The notes under the pieces are model-generated. The model did no database searches and was not told the DNA's origin. It saw only the letters and a list, made by a program, of their open reading frames with translations. DNA of 64,000 nucleotides from Longimicrobiales bacterium (GTDB lineage Bacteria; Gemmatimonadota; Gemmatimonadetes; Longimicrobiales; Gaopeijiaceae). Of this stretch, positions 35,591 to 48,353 are shown one piece after another (the stretch's first letter is position 1; the number at the start of each line of letters is the position of its first letter). The position numbers and the translations under genes were made by a program. The stretch is taken from NCBI GenBank assembly GCA_965202985.1, contig CBDBCF010000002.1:638451-702450 (forward strand). The letters run 5' to 3'.

Positions 35591-35747
35591 ACCGCCGATT
35601 CGCGATACGACCACGTTTCTGGGCGTGCGTCCAGTCTGCGCCGCCGTTGCGACGAGTGTTCGCCGACAAGGTCCTCGGCGAGTCGATCGGCGTCTTTGGC
35701 ACGCCTGCGTTCGTGTTGGAGGCCGTTCTGGCAAAGCCATAAGCCGG

Positions 35748-37001
35748 ATGCCGTCCGGTCGCGCTCGACGTCGCCGGGCCGTCCCGGCTTGCTGGCTGAT
35801 CCTTGTCGGGGCCGCAGGTTGCGACGGGGCCTCAAGGTCGGGCGGCGCGGGATCGGGCGGGGCCGCCGAGTTGGGCGAATCGGTCGCCCTGGGCACGCCC
35901 TTCGTCGAGGGCGCGCCGCTGACCTTCTCGGAGGTTCGCAGCATTCGCCACTCCTTCGGCAGGGTCGCCAGCGTGGCCGTGGGCGGGGACGGCGCCGTGT
36001 ACGTGGGGGACCGTCAAGCGCTCACGGTTTGGCAGTTCGACTCCGCGGGCGTGCTGGTCGACTCCATCGGGGCCGAGGGAGACGGTCCGGGCGATTTTCG
36101 GAACATCACCAGCGTTCAGTTTGTCGGGGATCGCTTGCTCGTCTTCGATGGGTCTCTCAAACGCCTGACTTCTTTCGACGGGAAGGACCCCGGCGATATC
36201 CGAACAACGACGTTCCGAGTACTGCGAGGAACTGCATTTGCATGGGCGATGGACGACGGCCAAGTCGTGGCGGGCGCGCAGTCGGCGCTTGCCGTGGGCC
36301 ACGATACGCCGACGGATTCGACGACGGTTCATCTCGTATCGGAAGGCGGGATCGTCGAGTCGTGGGGCGACACCCTGTTCTCCCTTCCCAGAAACGAATC
36401 CCTGATCTTTAACCGTCCAGGCTTCGTCTGGGCCAGGCCGATGCCGTTCGCGCGTCGCTCATGGGTTCAAGCAGGAAGCGGCGGGACCGTGTTCTACTTG
36501 TGGTCGGGCGCCCCCGAGATTCTGGCGTTCAGCCCGGAGACCTCCGCTTGGGACACGTTGCCGCTGCCGCCGGGACTCGGACGCCCGGTCAAGGACCAGG
36601 CCTACGTCGCCCTCTACGCGTCGATCGATCGAGAAGACCCAAGCCCGGGCCTCACGAAACGGATGATCGCCGAGGCGCGGGCTGCCGGTCGCACGCCACC
36701 GTCCTGGCCCGTGGCGTCGGGGTTGTTGGCGGACGATTCGAACCGACTGTGGGTCACGCTGATCTCCGAAGACGACGTGATCCGGGCGTTGGAAACAGGC
36801 GAGTACGGGTACGGCCCGCAGGACGGAGGCGGTTCCCATCTGCTGGTCTTCGACTTGGCGAACGGGACGACTCACGTGGGGCGCGCACCGGCGCGCGGCA
36901 ACATCGAGGCCGCGAGCGGCGAGCACGTGTACTTGCTGGCAATCGGCCCCAGCGGCGAGGAGTACCTTCGGCAGTTCCGCGTGCGGGCAGGCCCGAGCTA
37001 A
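35748..37001 (+). CDS. Beta-propeller-like lipoprotein (same paralogous family)
   Basis: ATG 35748. Lipobox 'LVGAAGC'. Motifs 'GAEGDGPGDF', 'GDGAVYVGD' and 'DDSNRLWVTL'. Confidence 0.7.
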   Translation: MPSGRARRRRAVPACWLILVGAAGCDGASRSGGAGSGGAAELGESVALGTPFVEGAPLTFSEVRSIRHSFGRVASVAVGGDGAVYVGDRQALTVWQFDSAGVLVDSIGAEGDGPGDFRNITSVQFVGDRLLVFDGSLKRLTSFDGKDPGDIRTTTFRVLRGTAFAWAMDDGQVVAGAQSALAVGHDTPTDSTTVHLVSEGGIVESWGDTLFSLPRNESLIFNRPGFVWARPMPFARRSWVQAGSGGTVFYLWSGAPEILAFSPETSAWDTLPLPPGLGRPVKDQAYVALYASIDREDPSPGLTKRMIAEARAAGRTPPSWPVASGLLADDSNRLWVTLISEDDVIRALETGEYGYGPQDGGGSHLLVFDLANGTTHVGRAPARGNIEAASGEHVYLLAIGPSGEEYLRQFRVRAGPS

Positions 37002-37027
37002 CGGAGCACGCCTGCGTGGGGGCCCCG

Positions 37028-37798
37028 TCATGGTGCCGGAGGCGCTCGACGCGCCAACGCCACGATGCGAGGGAACACGTCCCAAGCCTCAATTGTGAAC
37101 ACCATGTCCCCGTCCACGACTGCCTCGTTCGCAAAGTGAGGAAGGACTTCGGTTTCCAAGTACTCCCCAGACTGCACGTCGAACTTGTCCAGCAACCGGC
37201 CGCGCCCCGGAGTCTTGCCGCTGAACAGGACGAACAGCGTGTCCGCGACCACGGACAGCGATACCCCTGCCCTGACTGGGCGCCTCATCATGTGCGAAGA
37301 ACGCCCTCCAAGAGGCCCGCTCCGCACCTCTCGCACCTCCGGGAAATCCACGTGCTCGACGTATGGGAAGACGCCCCGCAACTCGGCGCCCCGGAACTTC
37401 ATCCAGCCATTGTTGCCCGAGTCGACCAGCACCACCGACCCGTCCGGTGCGACGTCCAGCGCCTGGACGTTCGCCAACTCGCCCGGCCCCTCGCCCTTGG
37501 TGCCCCAGGACCACAGCAACTCGCCGTCCGACCCGATCCGGTAGGCGGCCTGGTTCAGCACGTCAAAGAAGACCACCCCCTGCGCACCGTCCGCGCGAGG
37601 CATGATCGGGCTTGCAAGCACTGTGTCCGCCGGCCCGCCGAACGCCCAAAGCGTGTCGAGCGTCACCGACGACCGAACCCGATCCACGTCGTCGGCCGAC
37701 GAGAACAACGCCTGCGCCACTACCGGCCTTTCGCCGCCACCGCACGCCAGCACCAAAAGAAGCGAAACGAGCACCGTATCCCTGATCCGTGTCTTCAT
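37028..37798 (-). CDS. Short beta-propeller-like lipoprotein (same motif family)
   Basis: GGAGGA plus 6 nt precedes ATG 37798. Lipobox 'LLVLAC'. Motifs 'GTKGEGPGEL' and 'APDGSVVLVD'. 256 aa. Confidence 0.7.
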   Translation of the reverse strand: MKTRIRDTVLVSLLLVLACGGGERPVVAQALFSSADDVDRVRSSVTLDTLWAFGGPADTVLASPIMPRADGAQGVVFFDVLNQAAYRIGSDGELLWSWGTKGEGPGELANVQALDVAPDGSVVLVDSGNNGWMKFRGAELRGVFPYVEHVDFPEVREVRSGPLGGRSSHMMRRPVRAGVSLSVVADTLFVLFSGKTPGRGRLLDKFDVQSGEYLETEVLPHFANEAVVDGDMVFTIEAWDVFPRIVALARRAPPAP

Positions 37799-37840
37799 TC
37801 ATGTTCCTCCTTCTTGACGTCCAGCACCTGGGCGAGCCAT

Positions 37841-39685
37841 CTACCGCAAGCGGCGCAGTTCGCGACGGGCTCCGGGCGCGACGGGGCTTGACGGGTGCGA
37901 GACGATCAGGCGCTCCAGTAGGGACACGGCCTCGCTTTTTCCGCCGGCGCGGGCAGCCAAGCTCCGGGCCAGCTCCAGGGCGGCTTCCGGGAACTCGGGA
38001 GAGTCGGGATGATCGGCCACGATCCTTCGGCGAAGCGTCTCTGCGACGTCGGCAGTCTCCGCGATGTCGGCCAAGCGGGCACCCATGGCGAGGGCCGTGG
38101 GCTGGTCCGTTGCCGGCAGCGCATCGGCGCCCTCGGCCAACAACCGGGCGCCGTTCTCGGGGTCTCCGCGTCGGGCGGCCACGGCGGCGGCGGCCACCAA
38201 GCGCGCTCCGCCCGGCGACAACCGGCCGAGCGCCATCGCCAACTCCAGCGCTTCCGTGGCCTCCCCGGGTTCCAGTTCGGGCAACGAGGTCTGCAACGCC
38301 TCGGCGGCCTCGGGGAACGCGCCGCCCTCCAAGAGCAGGAATGCCCGCTCCTGGGCCGCCCCCGCTCCCTCAATGCCGTCCAACACCTCCATGGCGGCCC
38401 CTCGCTGGCCCAGCGCCAGGAGCCGGGACGCCAGGGCGGCCGACAACTCGTCCAGCACGTCGGCCTCCGGGTACTCGTCCCGGAACGTTCCCAGCGCTTG
38501 GGCGACCTCGGCGGGGTCTTCGGCGGCAACGCGAACTTCCAGCTCCCGCGTCCACGCCTCTTGCCGCTCCCGAGACTCGGCAGGCCAGCTGTCCCGGACC
38601 CGCGCCAACGCCGCCAGCGCCGTGGCCGTGTCGGTCGCGGACAATGCGGCTTCCGCCAGCCGCTCGTCGGCGGAGCGGGCCTCGCCGGCGACTTCCGCCG
38701 TGGCCCCCAACCGCTGGTACGCCCACACGGCGCCGTCAAAGCGGCCCAGGTCCTCCGCCTTCCGGGCAAAGCCGCGCAGGAACCCACGCGCCTCGGGACG
38801 CCGAAGCCGCGCCAGGGCCGCTTCCGCCAAGGCGACCGCGTCGTCGACCATCCCTTCGCGCAGGGCCAGCTCGGCGCCGGACTCCAGCCGGGCGACCGTG
38901 GCGGGCGCGGCCCCCAGGTCGCTCACCAAGCGGCCCGCCACCGCCTCGCGCGTCGAACCCAGGTCGGCCACCCGCCGGAAGATCTCCCCCGCGACGGCTC
39001 GGTCGCGACCGAGCGCCCGGCCCCACGCCTGGGCGCCACGGTCCAAACGGCCCGCCGCCAGGTGCACGGTTCCCATCTCCACGAGCAACTGGGGTGGTTC
39101 CCCAAGGGCGCGCAGCCCCTCTTCCAGCAACGCCGTCGCGACGCCGCCCCCGAAGTGCTCGAGCAGGGCGCGCGCGCCCTCCCGATACGGCTCGGTCGAG
39201 CCCGGATTCGCGCGGGTCCACTCGGTCACCGCTTCCTCGACTTCGGCCCTGGACCCGTTCTCGGCCACCACCCGCACCCTCAGCGCCCAGATCGCGTCCG
39301 CGGAGGGTTCGGCATCCAGGTAGGCGTCCACGACAGGCAGCACGTCCCGGGGCCGGCCCGCCGTCTTGAACACCCGCTCCAGCGCAAACACGGCGGGCGA
39401 GGACCCCGGCCGGCGCCGAAGCAACTCTCTCAGCGTAGCCTCGGCGCCGTCCAGGTCGCCCTCGGCCTCTTGAGCGGCAGCCTCGCGCAACAGACGGTCC
39501 TCCGCCCGCGGCAGCGTGCGCTGCAACGCGCAGACCGGGCCGGCCAGGGCGGCTCCGGCTAGGACCCAACCGAGCCCGACCATCGCCGCGGCCCCAAACC
39601 CGCGTCGGCGGGACGACGCTCGGGAACAGCGCCTCGCGACGACCGCCGCCAGCCTCGGGGGAGAACCGAGTAGCCCTCCGGTCAT
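37841..39685 (-). CDS. TPR-like / all-alpha repeat protein with N-terminal membrane anchor
   Basis: 614-aa ORF. ATG 39685 overlaps the upstream stop (ATGA). Highly Ala/Leu/Glu/Arg-rich helical repeats. Confidence 0.6.
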   Translation of the reverse strand: MTGGLLGSPPRLAAVVARRCSRASSRRRGFGAAAMVGLGWVLAGAALAGPVCALQRTLPRAEDRLLREAAAQEAEGDLDGAEATLRELLRRRPGSSPAVFALERVFKTAGRPRDVLPVVDAYLDAEPSADAIWALRVRVVAENGSRAEVEEAVTEWTRANPGSTEPYREGARALLEHFGGGVATALLEEGLRALGEPPQLLVEMGTVHLAAGRLDRGAQAWGRALGRDRAVAGEIFRRVADLGSTREAVAGRLVSDLGAAPATVARLESGAELALREGMVDDAVALAEAALARLRRPEARGFLRGFARKAEDLGRFDGAVWAYQRLGATAEVAGEARSADERLAEAALSATDTATALAALARVRDSWPAESRERQEAWTRELEVRVAAEDPAEVAQALGTFRDEYPEADVLDELSAALASRLLALGQRGAAMEVLDGIEGAGAAQERAFLLLEGGAFPEAAEALQTSLPELEPGEATEALELAMALGRLSPGGARLVAAAAVAARRGDPENGARLLAEGADALPATDQPTALAMGARLADIAETADVAETLRRRIVADHPDSPEFPEAALELARSLAARAGGKSEAVSLLERLIVSHPSSPVAPGARRELRRLR

Positions 39686-42600
39686 CTGCGATTCCCCGCC
39701 GCCGGGTCGCCGCCGTTCAGCCGCTGGAAGTAGCGCACCACCATGGCCCGCTGGGCCGGCGGCAGGGCCCGAAGGACGTCGCCGCCCGGAAGGCGGTAGC
39801 GCAGCGCGTCCACGTCGGCGCTGTCCAGCGGCCCGGCCGCGGCGCGGACGAACGCTCCGGGCGTCTCCGATTCGCGGTCCTCCGATTCCTCGTCGCGCTC
39901 CAACGTGCGCCCAGCGTCCAGCAGTCGATGAAACAGACGTTCCTGACGCCGCAACACCTCGGGGTCCAGCCGCCCTTCGGCCATCGCCTCCGCCAGCCGG
40001 CGCGCCTCGTCCGCAAGCGCCGACAGGTCGCCCAGCGGGTCGGCCTCTTCGCCTTGACCGTCCTCGGCGACGTCGCCCAGCTCCTGGGCCACCTCTTCCT
40101 GACGGCCGGCCATCTCCTCCATCCGCCGGTCCAGGGCCTCCTGGGCCAGCTGCATGGGCGACATGGACGCCGCGTCCTGCATGATCTCGCCCTGGGCCTG
40201 GGCCAGCTGCTGCAGTTGCTGCATCATCTGCTCCGACGCGGACGCCGAGGCCGATCCCTGGGCCTGGCCCTGCTGCCCGGAGACGATGGCAAGCCGGGCG
40301 ACCTCGTTCAGGGATCGAACCGCCGCTTCGGCGCTGGCGGCGGGGGACCGTCCCCTGCCCCGCCGGCTCTCCATGGCCCGAATCGCACCGTCCACGTGCT
40401 CCATAGCCTGTCCCGCCGCGGTCAGCAGGTCGCGCGCGCCCGGGGCGGCCATCTCCGTCTCGGCGGCGTAGCTCTCGACCAAGTTTCGGATGCCTTGGGC
40501 GATGGCGGCCTCGTCGCCCCGAAGGGCCGCGAGTTCGGAAGCCGGGGCGTCCGCGATCTCGTCCAGGAGCTCCGACTGTCGGCGGGCCAGCGCCAGCGCG
40601 CCCACGGCGGCGCGGCCCACGGCGTCCCGAAGCGCCTGCATCATCTGCTGCTGCATCTGCATCCGCGCGTCGTCCAGTCGTTCGGACACTTGCGACATGT
40701 CCCCGGCGGCCTGCTGCGCCTGCTCGGCGCCGGCACCCGACTGGCCTTGGGCGGCCTGCGCCGCTGCCTGGGCCATCTGCTGCCTGGCCTGCGACAGCTG
40801 ATGACGCGCCTCCTGCACGCCGGCGCCCGCGTCCTGTTCGCCCGCCTCCGCAAGCCGCTGCTGCAGCGTCTCCAGGCGCTCCTGCAACCGCGCCGCTTCG
40901 GCCTCCAGCTCGGCCTGCTGTTCCGCCCTCAGCTCCGGGGCACCTTCGCCTTCGCCGTCCGGCTCGGCCTCGGCACGCGCCGCCTCGGCCGCCATGGCCT
41001 CCGCCAGCAACGCCTGTTCCTGCGCCAAGTCCTCGGCCTCCCGGCCGGTCGCCTGGAAGTCCTGGTCCAGAGCAGCCTGCCTGAACTGCGCTACTGACTC
41101 CTCCAGGCGCTGGCGAAGCCGCTCCTGTTCTTCCGCCATACGCTCCATCGCTTCGCGCAACGCACGGGGGTCCATCTCCTCCAGGGCGTCCGCCTGCGCC
41201 GCCAAGTCGTCCGCGTCTTCGCCCGCAGCCGCCTCTTCCAGCAATGTCTCGAGCCCCTCGATCCGGTCCCGAAGCTCCGGGTCGGCCAGCCCGGCGTCCC
41301 GAAGCGCTTCCCGGAGCCTCGCGAGCTCGCGCCGAAGCGAGTCCACCGACTCCACGACCCGGCCTTGGCGCTCCATGGCCCGGGTGGTCTCTTCGCGATC
41401 CCGAAACCCCGGGTCCTCGGCGCGGGAACCCGCGGCGTCCTCCCCGGCGCGACCCGCGTCCTCGCCCCTGCCCGCCTCCGCCGAAAGCGCCTCCACGCGG
41501 TCGGCGGCGTCTTCAAGCTCGGCGTGCGCGGCGCGTTCCAGCTCGGCGGTCCCCGGCATGCGCAGAATGTGCTCGGCGGTCTGGGCGACTTGGCTCGAAG
41601 GATGGTTGTCCACGGCGCGCGCCAAGTACCGGATCGTGTCGCCCGGCGAGAGGCCCCACGCAGTCATGTCCAGCACCGGACGGACGACGGCGCCCGGGAC
41701 CGAGCCCAGCTCCACGCCCCTCGTGACCGGATCGCCGGCCTCGCCGAACGCGGTGATCCGTCGCGCCACGATCTCCACGCGACGCACTCCGTAGTCGTCC
41801 TCCACGCGCACGACCAGCGGCTGCCTCAGGTTCACAGGCGCCAAGGTGTCGGGCTCCGGATACGCTATCTCGACGCGCGGCGCCCGGTCGGCCGCGACCT
41901 CGATCAGCAGCGGCGGCGGCGCAGTCGCGGCGGCCCCTCCGGCAGCATCCTCGAACTGCCAAGCGTACGTGCCGGAGCGCTCGGGCACCCACCGGCCCTC
42001 GAAGCGGTCGTCCTCCACACGGAACTCCAGCACGCTCTGCCCTTCGGCGTCCACGAGCGCACCGCTGCCGATCGCTCGGCTTCCCCTTCCCCGGACCGAC
42101 AGGACCGTGCCCGCCGGCAAGGCCAGCGGTGGCGCTTCGTCCCGGTACTCGGCGGCGGCGATCCCGGTGTGGGGCGGATAGGTCGCTTCCAGCACGAACG
42201 AGGCCACGAACAACGGGTCCACCGGCGACAGCACGTAGAGCGGGCTCCGGGCGCCGTCGGGCGCCTCGGCCCAGTAGCGCGTCTCGGCGGTCGCCGGCGG
42301 CAGCGACGCGCGCCCTTCCCCCGCCGTCAGCCGCACGCCCCGCGCACCCGCCACCTGCCCCGTCGCTTCCCATCGAAGCAGGGCGCTGTCCCGGAGGGGC
42401 GCCCGAACCACGACCTCGACCACGGCGCCTCGGGCCACCTCGGCGGTGCCGGGCTCGACGGAGACGGGCGGCAACACAGGGGCGGCCAGCACGGCGAACG
42501 GGTTCAGCAGGCCCGTCCAGGCGGACAGCGCACGCCCGGGCGCGACCAGGGCGGCCAGCAAGACAAGCGGCGCCGCGACCGCAACCGCCGCCAGTCCCCG

Positions 42601-43098
42601 ACGAAGCGACGTGGACGCCCGATCGCCCAGCGCGCCGGCAAGCGTGCCCGCGTCGCCGCCCAGCCGCTCGCCGGTCAAGCGCAGCGCCAAGTTCCGGAGC
42701 GCCGGGGACGTGCCCGGAGGCATGGAGCGCGACAGCTCCAGGCTGCCCAGCGTCTGGCCCTCGTTCAGTCCGGCCACGGCGTCCATGGCCCGAGTGACGC
42801 GGTGGTCCGCCCCCCAGCGCCGCGCCAGACGCCTCCACCAAGCGAGGCCCGCAAGCACCACGACGAAAGCCGCCCCCGCCATCGCCAGGGGAACCGCACT
42901 CCCCGCGCCCCATCCGCGGCTGCCGGCAAGGATCGGCGCCAGGGCCAGCAAGGCCAGCATCGCCCCGGCGCACCACGCGGCAACGGCCAGCGCAAAGCGG
43001 CGCACCACCAAGCGGCGCACGCCAGCAACCGCCCTGACAATCCCCGCGCCGCCGGAGCTCGCGCCCCCGCCGGGACCCGCGACGACACCCGAACTCAC
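39682..43098 (-). CDS. Large membrane protein with extended Q/A/E-rich coiled coil (DUF4175-like)
   Basis: GTG 43098 overlaps the DUF4159-like stop. N-terminal TM helices ('FALAVAAWCAGAMLALLALAPIL', 'AGAAFVVVLAGLAWW'), beta-rich middle, ~450-aa coiled coil and C-terminal '...MVVRYFQRL'. 1138 aa. The family assignment is from memory of its architecture. Confidence 0.6.
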   Translation of the reverse strand: MSSGVVAGPGGGASSGGAGIVRAVAGVRRLVVRRFALAVAAWCAGAMLALLALAPILAGSRGWGAGSAVPLAMAGAAFVVVLAGLAWWRRLARRWGADHRVTRAMDAVAGLNEGQTLGSLELSRSMPPGTSPALRNLALRLTGERLGGDAGTLAGALGDRASTSLRRGLAAVAVAAPLVLLAALVAPGRALSAWTGLLNPFAVLAAPVLPPVSVEPGTAEVARGAVVEVVVRAPLRDSALLRWEATGQVAGARGVRLTAGEGRASLPPATAETRYWAEAPDGARSPLYVLSPVDPLFVASFVLEATYPPHTGIAAAEYRDEAPPLALPAGTVLSVRGRGSRAIGSGALVDAEGQSVLEFRVEDDRFEGRWVPERSGTYAWQFEDAAGGAAATAPPPLLIEVAADRAPRVEIAYPEPDTLAPVNLRQPLVVRVEDDYGVRRVEIVARRITAFGEAGDPVTRGVELGSVPGAVVRPVLDMTAWGLSPGDTIRYLARAVDNHPSSQVAQTAEHILRMPGTAELERAAHAELEDAADRVEALSAEAGRGEDAGRAGEDAAGSRAEDPGFRDREETTRAMERQGRVVESVDSLRRELARLREALRDAGLADPELRDRIEGLETLLEEAAAGEDADDLAAQADALEEMDPRALREAMERMAEEQERLRQRLEESVAQFRQAALDQDFQATGREAEDLAQEQALLAEAMAAEAARAEAEPDGEGEGAPELRAEQQAELEAEAARLQERLETLQQRLAEAGEQDAGAGVQEARHQLSQARQQMAQAAAQAAQGQSGAGAEQAQQAAGDMSQVSERLDDARMQMQQQMMQALRDAVGRAAVGALALARRQSELLDEIADAPASELAALRGDEAAIAQGIRNLVESYAAETEMAAPGARDLLTAAGQAMEHVDGAIRAMESRRGRGRSPAASAEAAVRSLNEVARLAIVSGQQGQAQGSASASASEQMMQQLQQLAQAQGEIMQDAASMSPMQLAQEALDRRMEEMAGRQEEVAQELGDVAEDGQGEEADPLGDLSALADEARRLAEAMAEGRLDPEVLRRQERLFHRLLDAGRTLERDEESEDRESETPGAFVRAAAGPLDSADVDALRYRLPGGDVLRALPPAQRAMVVRYFQRLNGGDPAAGNRR

Positions 43099-43829
43099 GA
43101 CGCCTGGACGGCCTGCGCCACCGCGAAGACGAAGATGTTCACGCCCATGCGAAGGGCCGCCTCCCGCGTCTCCTCCGGGTCCTGGTGCACGTCGGCGTCC
43201 TCCCAGCCGTCGCCCAGATCGGTCTCGAACGTGTAGAGCACCGCCAGCCGGCCCTGGTGGAAGATCCCGAACGCCTGGGGCGGCCCGCCGTCGTGCTCGT
43301 GTATCTTCGGCAGCCCGTCGGGGAACGCGTACGGCGCGCGAAACATCGCGTGGTCCGGCGGCAGCTCGACCAGCCGCTTGTCGGGGAACACCTGCGACAT
43401 CTCCAGCCGAAAGGAGGCGTCCATGCCGTAGTTGTCGTCGGCATGGAGGAAGCCGCCCGCCAACAGGTGCCGGCGAAGCGCCAGACGTTCTTCGGGGGTG
43501 AAGCGGACGTTGCCGTGACCTGTCATGTAGAGGAAGGGATAGTCTCGGAGCGACGGGTCGCCGGGCGCCACGGTGGCCTCCTGCCCGGCGGTGGGGATCC
43601 CCGTTCGCTCCCGGACGGCGGCCATCAGGTTGGGAAGGGACGACGGGTTCGCGTACCAGTCTCCGCCGCCGTCGTACCGCAGCCGGGCGATGGCGACCGG
43701 CCCACGGCCCTGCGCGACGCCCTCCGCCGGCGCCGCCGATTCCGCCGCCCAGGCAACCATGAAGACCACCGGGGCGCGCATTGCCCGACCGACCGCTCGG
43801 GATCGGCGCGACGACGAGGCGCCCCTCAT
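43095..43829 (-). CDS. DUF4159-like protein
   Basis: 'IARLRYDGGGDWYANPSSLPNL...YPFLYMTGHGNVRFT...GGFLHADDNYGMD'. ATG 43829 overlaps the rsmI stop (ATGA). ATG 43781 is an alternative start. Confidence 0.65.
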   Translation of the reverse strand: MRGASSSRRSRAVGRAMRAPVVFMVAWAAESAAPAEGVAQGRGPVAIARLRYDGGGDWYANPSSLPNLMAAVRERTGIPTAGQEATVAPGDPSLRDYPFLYMTGHGNVRFTPEERLALRRHLLAGGFLHADDNYGMDASFRLEMSQVFPDKRLVELPPDHAMFRAPYAFPDGLPKIHEHDGGPPQAFGIFHQGRLAVLYTFETDLGDGWEDADVHQDPEETREAALRMGVNIFVFAVAQAVQAS

Positions 43830-44722
43830 CTTCGTCGCTCGCTCGGGCTTGGACCGCGCTTGTTGCCCGCGCCGGCCTGCGGCCCGTCGGGCGCACCGCC
43901 CCGCTCCTTGGCGTCCTGCACCAGCTGGTAGGCGCGGCTCCGCGACACGCCCGTGCCCTCGGCCACGGCCCTGGCGGCCGCCGGCGGCCCCATCCCCTGC
44001 TCCACGAGGCTTCGCGCCAAGGATCGCGCCCGCGCCGGATCCGCGCTCTCGGCCCCGCCCTCGACGACCACCGTCACCTCGCCCCGGGCCGGCGTCTCCT
44101 GGAAGCGCCGCGCCGCCTCGGCCACCGTACCGCGAAAGACCTCCTCGTGAACCTTGGTCAGCTCGCGGCAGACGGCGAGCCGCCGGTCCGAGCCCGCGCG
44201 CATCGCCAACTCTTCCAACGTGCGCAGCAGCCGCTCGGGAGACTCGAAGAGCACGACGGTCTCGGTCGCGTGCGCGATGCGGTCCAGCAGCCGGTCTCGC
44301 TTCCCCGCAGTCCGCGGCGGGAACCCCACGAACGTGAACGGGACGCACGGCAAGCCGGAGACCACCAACGCCGCCAGCACCGCCGACGCCCCCGGCACCG
44401 GAACCACCGAATGGCCGTCCTCGAGCGCCGACCTCACCAGCCGATCCCCCGGATCGGACAGCAGCGGCGTGCCCGCGTCGGAGACCAGCGCCACGTCTTC
44501 TCCCTGCGACAGCCAGCGACGGGCCAGCACGACCCTGGACGCCTCGTTGCGCGCGTGAAGGGAGACCGGGCGCGCCTGGGCCCCGGCGCGACGCAACAGC
44601 ACGCGGGCGCGCCGGGTGTCCTCCGCCAGCACGCGACGGCTCTGCCGCAGGACTTCCTCGGCCCGCGCCGTCAGGTCCGACAAGTTGCCGATGGGCGTCG
44701 CCACGACGAAGAGTCTTCCCAC
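43826..44722 (-). CDS. rsmI: 16S rRNA (cytidine1402-2'-O)-methyltransferase
   Basis: 'LFVVATPIGNLSDLTARA...LAEDTR...VSDAGTPLLSDPG...VPGASA...RELTKVHEE'. GTG start at 44722. Confidence 0.88.
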   Translation of the reverse strand: MGRLFVVATPIGNLSDLTARAEEVLRQSRRVLAEDTRRARVLLRRAGAQARPVSLHARNEASRVVLARRWLSQGEDVALVSDAGTPLLSDPGDRLVRSALEDGHSVVPVPGASAVLAALVVSGLPCVPFTFVGFPPRTAGKRDRLLDRIAHATETVVLFESPERLLRTLEELAMRAGSDRRLAVCRELTKVHEEVFRGTVAEAARRFQETPARGEVTVVVEGGAESADPARARSLARSLVEQGMGPPAAARAVAEGTGVSRSRAYQLVQDAKERGGAPDGPQAGAGNKRGPSPSERRR

Positions 44723-44748
44723 GGCCCCCGGTCAGGTTCGCGGACCCG

Positions 44749-45081
44749 TCAGAGGTGCTGTTCGATCTTCTGCTGCAACTGCGCCTTGGGCACCGCCCCG
44801 ACAACCGTGTCCACGTGCTTCCCCCCCTTGAAGAAGAGGATGCTCGGGATCGAGCGAACCCCGAAGCGGATCGACGTGGCTTGGTTCTCGTCCACGTCCA
44901 GCTTGCCGACGCGCACGCGACCCGAGAACTCGTCCGCGAGTTCGCCGACCACCGGGGCGACCATGCGGCACGGACCGCACCACTCGGCCCAGAAGTCGAC
45001 CATTGCAAGTCCGTCGTGTCCCTCGATCTCGGTTGGGAAGGTGTCGTCCGTGACCGTGACGACGTTGCTGTTCTCCGTCAT
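44749..45081 (-). CDS. trxA: Thioredoxin
   Basis: 'VDFWAEWCGPCRMVAP' (WCGPC). 110 aa. GGAGA plus 8 nt precedes ATG 45081. Confidence 0.95.
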   Translation of the reverse strand: MTENSNVVTVTDDTFPTEIEGHDGLAMVDFWAEWCGPCRMVAPVVGELADEFSGRVRVGKLDVDENQATSIRFGVRSIPSILFFKGGKHVDTVVGAVPKAQLQQKIEQHL

Positions 45082-45206
45082 CCGTGCGTTCTCCGTAGCT
45101 GGCGCGCCGGCTTGGCCGGGCCGTCTGCAAGGCGCTTGGGCGCGTCGCGAGTCTCAAGTAAACTCAAGGTAACGTCTTCCCCGTCCCCCCGAACCGGAAA
45201 GAGCAA

Positions 45207-45644
45207 GTGACCTTGCCCGCCCCCGCCGGGCTTCGCCGACCAGGATTCGCGCTGGACCACGTGGCCTTCGCCGCGCGCTCGTTCGCCGAGATCGTCCCGA
45301 CCCTCGAGCGCGCCTCCGGCACCGGCGCGTCGGCCCCGGTGCGGGTGGAGTCCCAGGGGGTCGAGGCGTGCTTCGTCGGCCAAGTGGAAGTGATCGTGCC
45401 CCTGGCGGGCGACGCGGGCGACAACAACGTGAGCCGGTTCCTCGAACGACGGGGACCCGGCCTCCACCACGTGGCGTACCGCGTCGAGAACGTGGCCCGA
45501 GCCATGGAGGAGCTTGCGGCAGAGGGCTACGAGTTCACCTCGCAAGAGCCCTCGACGGGCGCGGGCGGCCACCGCGTGGCGTTCCTGCACCCGCGATCCA
45601 CGGGCGGCTTGCTGATCGAGATCGTGGAGAAGGCGTCGCGCTAG
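45207..45644 (+). CDS. mce: Methylmalonyl-CoA epimerase (VOC superfamily)
   Basis: 'LDHVAFAA', 'GPGLHHVAYRVENV' and 'GGHRVAFLHPRSTGGLLIEIVE' are typical of MCE. GTG start at 45207. Confidence 0.8.
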   Translation: MTLPAPAGLRRPGFALDHVAFAARSFAEIVPTLERASGTGASAPVRVESQGVEACFVGQVEVIVPLAGDAGDNNVSRFLERRGPGLHHVAYRVENVARAMEELAAEGYEFTSQEPSTGAGGHRVAFLHPRSTGGLLIEIVEKASR

Positions 45645-45677
45645 CCCATGAGCCGGTCCAGCGCCACCCGCGCAGCT

Positions 45678-45696
45678 GCCGAACGGACCCTTCGGC
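45678..45696. terminator. Hairpin between convergent mce and clpB (possible bidirectional terminator)
   Basis: GCCGAA-CGGACCC-TTCGGC forms a 6-bp stem with a 7-nt loop. There is no clear U-tract. Confidence 0.3.
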
Positions 45697-45699
45697 GGT

Positions 45700-48318
<2,619 letters not shown>

Positions 48319-48353
48319 CGCTTCTTCTCCTGTTTTTCGCCTTCCCCTCCGGT

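Noticed and set aside
45150-45180. CTCAAG-TAAA-CTCAAG in the trxA/mce intergenic region, considered as an HspR HAIR-like site.
   Set aside because: HAIR is an inverted repeat (CTTGAGT-N7-ACTCAAG). Here the two CTCAAG copies are direct repeats, and the nearest CTTGGG is an imperfect partner at non-canonical spacing.
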